From positions 83,930-147,929 of the forward strand of contig CAYTRR010000011.1 of assembly GCA_964440275.1 (NCBI GenBank): DNA of 64,000 nt, read 5' to 3'. Below are positions 59,635 through 64,000 of the stretch, one piece after another. Position 1 is the first letter of the stretch, and each line of letters begins with the position of its first letter. The notes under the pieces were generated by a model. That model did no database searches. It was not told the origin of the DNA and saw only the letters and a program-made list of their open reading frames with translations. The DNA is from an uncultured Spirochaetales bacterium. Its GTDB lineage: Bacteria > Desulfobacterota_D > UBA1144. Position numbers and translations under genes: made by a program.

Positions 59635-60604
59635 TTTAATTACTCTGCCAATAATTACTTTAGTTCTTTTAATTCTTCAGGCTATGTTTGCAGGCTCAGA
59701 GATATCACTACTGTCTTGCGATAAAGGCAGAATAAGATCTAAAGCAGATCAAGGATTACCTTCAGCTAAATTAGTTATGAGTTCTATAAATAAGATAGAA
59801 GAATATGTAGCAACAAGTCTTGTTGGTGAGAATTTATGTATTGTTATAAATACAGTTTTGGTTTCTTCATTTGTCGAAAGAGCATATCCACAATATGATC
59901 CCCATATTCTCTCGGTAATAATTCTAACACCTTTAATTGTTATCTTTGGACAGGTAGTACCTAAATCTATATTTCAAAATCAAAGCAACACCCTTGTACT
60001 CAAAACAATATATTTTTCCATAATTTTCAGCTACTTATTCAAGCCATTGCTTTTCATTGTTAAGTACCTAACGGATTTAATTGTGAGAATGATTGGAACA
60101 AGAAGTAAATTAATAACTAGAGAAGAGTTGATGCATGTGCTAGAGACTGGTTCAATGCTAGAAAGTTCTTCGAAACAATTTAGAGATAAGATTTTAAAGA
60201 AAATATTTTTATTTGATAAAACAACCGTTGAACAAATTATGATTCCAATGGAGAGTGTAACTTCAATCGATTTATCTAAAAAAGTAATTGATGCAAAAAA
60301 GATTATAAAAGATACGGGCTATTCTAGATTCCCAGTTTATGACTACTTTAGCAGTTCTATCAAAGGAGTGATTCATGCTTTTTACTTATTGGACGAAGAA
60401 GACAATAAATCTTTAGACAATTATATTACAGAATGTTTCTTTGTTGATAAAGATTATTTAGCATCAAAGCTATTAGATGATTTGAAGGGAGCGAAAGTAA
60501 GTATAGCCATAGTTGGGAAGCCTGAGAATCCAATGGGAATTGTGACTATAGAAGATATATTAGAGGAAATACTAGGTGAAATACAAGATGAACATGACCT
60601 ATAG
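59621..60604 (+). CDS. CNNM family membrane protein (DUF21 + CBS pair, no CorC C-domain)
   Basis: Paralogous to the preceding gene. Ends after the CBS pair (GIVTIEDILEEILGEIQDEHD). Confidence 0.75.
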   Translation: MFMINLITLPIITLVLLILQAMFAGSEISLLSCDKGRIRSKADQGLPSAKLVMSSINKIEEYVATSLVGENLCIVINTVLVSSFVERAYPQYDPHILSVIILTPLIVIFGQVVPKSIFQNQSNTLVLKTIYFSIIFSYLFKPLLFIVKYLTDLIVRMIGTRSKLITREELMHVLETGSMLESSSKQFRDKILKKIFLFDKTTVEQIMIPMESVTSIDLSKKVIDAKKIIKDTGYSRFPVYDYFSSSIKGVIHAFYLLDEEDNKSLDNYITECFFVDKDYLASKLLDDLKGAKVSIAIVGKPENPMGIVTIEDILEEILGEIQDEHDL

Positions 60605-60644
60605 GTTCATTGAATATTAATATTTTTTCGTTTAACATCAGAAT

Positions 60645-61232
60645 ATGAGTAGAACTGCAAAAGTAGAGAGGAAAACTAGTGAAGTAGATGTCGTTGTAGA
60701 CTTAGAGATAGATGGCAGTGGCAAATACGATATAGATACTGGGGTTCCATTCTTTGATCACATGTTAGAACAATTATCTAAACATGGATATTTTGACTTA
60801 AATATAAAAGCTAAGGGTGATACTGAAATTGATTTTCACCATACAGTTGAAGATGTTGGTATTGCTATTGGACAAGCTTTTGATAAAGCGCTAGGAGATA
60901 GAAAATCTATTGCTCGTTATGGTTCGAGTTCCGTCCCTTTTGACGAGACTCTTTCTAACTCTCATATTGATTTAAGTGGAAGGCCATACTTTGTATTTGA
61001 TGTTAATTTAAGTAATTCAAAAGTAGGGGATTTTGATGTTGAATTAGCAAAGGAATTTTTTCAATCATTAACTAGCAATCTTAAAGCTAATATCCATATC
61101 GAATTAAAATATGGAAGCAATAACCACCATATTATTGAATCCATATTTAAGTCAGTAGGAAAGTCGCTTGATATGGCAACAGGTCTAGATTTGAGGTCTA
61201 ACTCAATACCTTCAACTAAAGGCAATCTTTAA
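60645..61232 (+). CDS. hisB: Imidazoleglycerol-phosphate dehydratase
   Basis: DTGVPFFDHML and HHIIES motifs. 195 aa. Confidence 0.92.
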   Translation: MSRTAKVERKTSEVDVVVDLEIDGSGKYDIDTGVPFFDHMLEQLSKHGYFDLNIKAKGDTEIDFHHTVEDVGIAIGQAFDKALGDRKSIARYGSSSVPFDETLSNSHIDLSGRPYFVFDVNLSNSKVGDFDVELAKEFFQSLTSNLKANIHIELKYGSNNHHIIESIFKSVGKSLDMATGLDLRSNSIPSTKGNL

Positions 61233-61840
61233 TGATAGCAATAGTAGATTACGGATTTGGTAATCTGCAGTCTGTCAAGAAAGCTCTATCTTTACTTAAT
61301 TGTGAATCAACAATTACTACTTCCATTAAAAAAATTAACTCAGCCCATTCTATTATTTTTCCAGGGGTTGGTGCATTTGGAGATTGTATCAACAATCTTC
61401 ATGAAAAAGATTTATTTGAAACTTTAAAAAATTCAATCAAACAAGGAAAGCCTTTTTTGGGCATTTGTTTAGGGTTGCAAATATTATTTGAAGGTAGCGA
61501 TGAAACACCAGAGGTTGAGGGTTTATCAATTTTCACTGGAAATATTGACAAAATAGACTTTAACAAACATAAGTTGAAAGTCCCTCACATGGGTTGGAAT
61601 CAAATTGAGATCAAAAAAAAATCTAAACTTTTAGAAGATATTGAAAACTTGTCCTGGATGTATTTTGTCCACTCATATAAGTTAAACACAGGTAGTGATA
61701 TAACAGACACTGTTTCAGTCTACGGAGATGAGTTTGTTTCTTCTATCAGCTGGGAAAACGTATACGCTACACAATTCCATCCAGAGAAGAGCAGCAGGCA
61801 AGGACTTCAAATACTAAAAAACTTTGCAAGCATTAGCTGA
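61232..61840 (+). CDS. hisH: Imidazole glycerol phosphate synthase glutaminase subunit
   Basis: IAIVDYGFGNLQSV. Catalytic Cys in GICLGLQ. HSY near the C-terminus. Confidence 0.92.
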   Translation: MIAIVDYGFGNLQSVKKALSLLNCESTITTSIKKINSAHSIIFPGVGAFGDCINNLHEKDLFETLKNSIKQGKPFLGICLGLQILFEGSDETPEVEGLSIFTGNIDKIDFNKHKLKVPHMGWNQIEIKKKSKLLEDIENLSWMYFVHSYKLNTGSDITDTVSVYGDEFVSSISWENVYATQFHPEKSSRQGLQILKNFASIS

Positions 61841-62297
61841 ACCTACTAGCCCTTGGCTTAGGGGAAAGGCAAATGCACAGCTGGATTGTGTGGAAACTTT
61901 AAAAGGTTTTTCAGCTGGAGGATTATTGTTAACATTTGACCTTCCTCCCTCGAGAAATGTGACAGCCAAGGACGCAAAGCATTATGAAAGATGAATATAT
62001 TAAAATAATCATTATCTTATATCCTCCATGCCGTGATTAGCAGAAACGATGCTAGAAAGATCCCTAGCGATGCGTATGGAATTAATGCATTAGTGAGTGC
62101 ATCTCCTGGCATCATTGACTTGTCGTATTTATTTAAGTATTCCCTTTTTGATTTTTGTTTTAGCCTTTTCATTTTTTGGCCTCCCTATTTGTGTATGCTT
62201 ATTACAATAAATGGTATTTGAGTAATGTCAAGAAAAAAGTTATAAAACAGCAGGAAAAGTTAGACAGACATGATATTCTTCTTTATTTATAGGGGTT

Positions 62298-63965
62298 TTA
62301 ATTTGTTGAAATGTAGTAAAAATAGCTACGAAGTACTCTTTTTACGTATCCATGTGTTTCTTTGAATGGAATACTTTCTACAAATTCATCATCCTCAAGT
62401 CCTTCAAATCTGACAAGCCACTTTCTAACGCTTGCAGGACCACCATTATAAGCAGCAATTGCATAGAACAAATTGTTATCAAAGTCTTTTAGTAGAGTAG
62501 ACAAATAATAGCTACCAAGTTTTATATTTATATCAGGATTAAAATATTTAGACGATTTATTTAGTCTAAGTTCTTTTCTTACTTTTTCAGCTGTACCTGG
62601 CATTAATTGCATCAATCCCATTGCCCCTACACTCGATACGGCATTAGTATTAAACAAGCTTTCTTCTCTGATTAAACCCATAATTAAATTCTTATCAACA
62701 CCGAAAGCCTCTGAATTTGTTTCAATCTTATCTCGAAAAGCTTTTGGGTACCTATAACGTATCTTTGATGGGTACGAATAGGATAATTTCACCAACATAT
62801 TAAATTCTTTGATTGACTCCAAAGCATTAAAATAGTCTAAATAGTTAGAACTATTAATTCTTTTTACAATGTAGTTTTTAACTTCACGTTGAGATTTTTT
62901 TGTACTTTTAGACAAGCTCAATAATTTAATCTGATCTTTGATGTCATCGCTAATGCCCCTTGGGGTTCGCAGTCCATTGCTAACTTTTGGACTTATATTT
63001 AACTTGATTGATGCCAAGTAAGGATAGTAGCCAATTTTATAATTATCATAAAGTTTTGTGTAAACGTTTTTAGCTCTCTGTAAGTCGCCCAATTTTTCTA
63101 AGCAACGAGCTTTCCAGTACAACCCCTTTGATTGGTAATATGATTTCTCAGATCGTTCTAATGAAGAAAAATAATTAAGAGCTTGTTCATAATTCTTCAG
63201 CATATACTCTGACCATCCGATTCCCCAGAAAGCGTCATCTAAGTAGTTTTTGGATTTTGTTTTAATCAGCCACTCATAAACTTCTTTAGATTTTTCGTGA
63301 TTCTTATCTAGAGTAAATAATCTTGCTGACAGATATGCTACTTCGTCATTTTTACTAAAATTTGGATAGTTCTTGAGTATTGACTTAAGATTTTTAGCTA
63401 TAAACGTATTATCTTTTGACATTTTTAAATCATCTAAGGCAATCTGATATGATGCTTCAGCGAATACTTCTAAATCCTTAGAATCCGATCCTGTTGAAAC
63501 GAAATTACCTTTAGATATATTTTCCAAAGTTTTTCTGCCTTCGTCTCTATTCTTTTTCTTCATTTTAATTAACGCTTGCTTAATTTCTATACTCGGATCT
63601 TTAATTTTATTAGCCTCTGAATTAAATCGGTTAAACATCCTTTTTTTATAAAGTGAATTAAGCCTTAGTCTCAAATCTTTTTTTCTTACATCTTTTTTTA
63701 ACTTTTTAGACAGAGAATAAACCTTTTTGTTTACTAAACTAGATCTATACGAAGGGTTCTTTATCCAAATTTCTTTGAAAAGCCTGAAAGCTTTATCGTA
63801 ATCACCTAGTTTTTCAGAATTTCTTGCAAGAATAAATTTAAATTTAATCTTATCAACAGAGTCTAACTTGTATCTTTCTCTTATTTTTTTCAGGTGCGTA
63901 CGTAGAATAGTGTAGTTCTTTTTTGCATACATTCTTTCTGCTTCAATTAGTTGAATTTTTGCCAT
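62298..63965 (-). CDS. slt: Soluble lytic murein transglycosylase (TPR-like superhelical N-domain + SLT catalytic domain)
   Basis: C-terminal SLT motifs ES.FN and GAMGLMQLMPGTA with AYNGG. The N-terminus may extend past the window end. Confidence 0.85.
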   Translation of the reverse strand: MAKIQLIEAERMYAKKNYTILRTHLKKIRERYKLDSVDKIKFKFILARNSEKLGDYDKAFRLFKEIWIKNPSYRSSLVNKKVYSLSKKLKKDVRKKDLRLRLNSLYKKRMFNRFNSEANKIKDPSIEIKQALIKMKKKNRDEGRKTLENISKGNFVSTGSDSKDLEVFAEASYQIALDDLKMSKDNTFIAKNLKSILKNYPNFSKNDEVAYLSARLFTLDKNHEKSKEVYEWLIKTKSKNYLDDAFWGIGWSEYMLKNYEQALNYFSSLERSEKSYYQSKGLYWKARCLEKLGDLQRAKNVYTKLYDNYKIGYYPYLASIKLNISPKVSNGLRTPRGISDDIKDQIKLLSLSKSTKKSQREVKNYIVKRINSSNYLDYFNALESIKEFNMLVKLSYSYPSKIRYRYPKAFRDKIETNSEAFGVDKNLIMGLIREESLFNTNAVSSVGAMGLMQLMPGTAEKVRKELRLNKSSKYFNPDINIKLGSYYLSTLLKDFDNNLFYAIAAYNGGPASVRKWLVRFEGLEDDEFVESIPFKETHGYVKRVLRSYFYYISTN

Positions 63966-64000
63966 TAGAACCGAGTCGTTGTGTTCATATTCGAACTTTC

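Noticed and set aside
61850-62000. Possible SRP (4.5S) RNA because of a CAGCCAAGG segment resembling the conserved domain-IV strand
   Set aside because: The surrounding sequence does not reproduce the GNRA-capped helix 8 with symmetric and asymmetric loops. The AGCCAAGG segment instead pairs with an upstream CCUUGGCU, which is incompatible with the SRP fold. Kept only as an unassigned structured region.
61841-62297. tmRNA or RNase P RNA in the hisH-slt gap
   Set aside because: There is no GGUUCGA T-arm-like 3' end on either strand, no tag-peptide reading frame, and the region is too short for RNase P RNA.
1-64000. CRISPR arrays, IS elements, prophage genes
   Set aside because: No regularly spaced direct repeats, transposase, integrase or phage structural genes were seen anywhere in the window.

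Overview
This is a strongly AT-rich, tightly packed bacterial window. About 65 protein genes are visible, many with 1-30 nt start/stop overlaps, plus one tRNA-Gln(UUG). No transposases, integrases, CRISPR arrays or rRNA genes are present. The outer-membrane and periplasmic genes (TonB-dependent receptor, lipA, fabH, lytic transglycosylase, peptidoglycan recycling) indicate a Gram-negative, streamlined (probably marine) bacterium. Most of the window is core metabolism: purH; the isoprenoid genes ispH, ispE and ispB; aroA; cmk; lipA; a gap-pgk-fbaB glycolytic operon with a convergent fbp; pgi; argC; cysE; hemL; hisB-hisH; thiL; gltX; coaE; ruvX; cca; a partial F0 ATP synthase operon (atpZ-atpI-atpB-atpE); and a sigma-70 factor. 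Several accessory or unusual elements stand out.

1. A complete-looking archaeal/Chloroflexi-style coenzyme F420 biosynthesis operon (cofD-cofE-cofG-cofH) with a separate F420-dependent LLM-family oxidoreductase.
2. A cobalamin riboswitch in the 5' leader of a BtuB-like TonB-dependent receptor. In the same window are a B12-dependent methylmalonyl-CoA mutase catalytic subunit that lacks its B12-binding domain and a three-gene propionyl/acyl-CoA carboxylase.
3. A murQ-anmK-nagZ peptidoglycan-recycling operon that ends in a sodium:solute-symporter (MurT-like) transporter instead of AmpG.
4. A queC-queE pair in which QueC has lost its conserved Zn-binding cysteine cluster. Next to it is a sirtuin-fold protein that keeps its Zn ribbon but has lost the NAD-binding and catalytic-His motifs, and then thyX.
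5. A roughly 450-bp intergenic region after hisH, where hisA/hisF would be expected, that looks structured but has no assignment.
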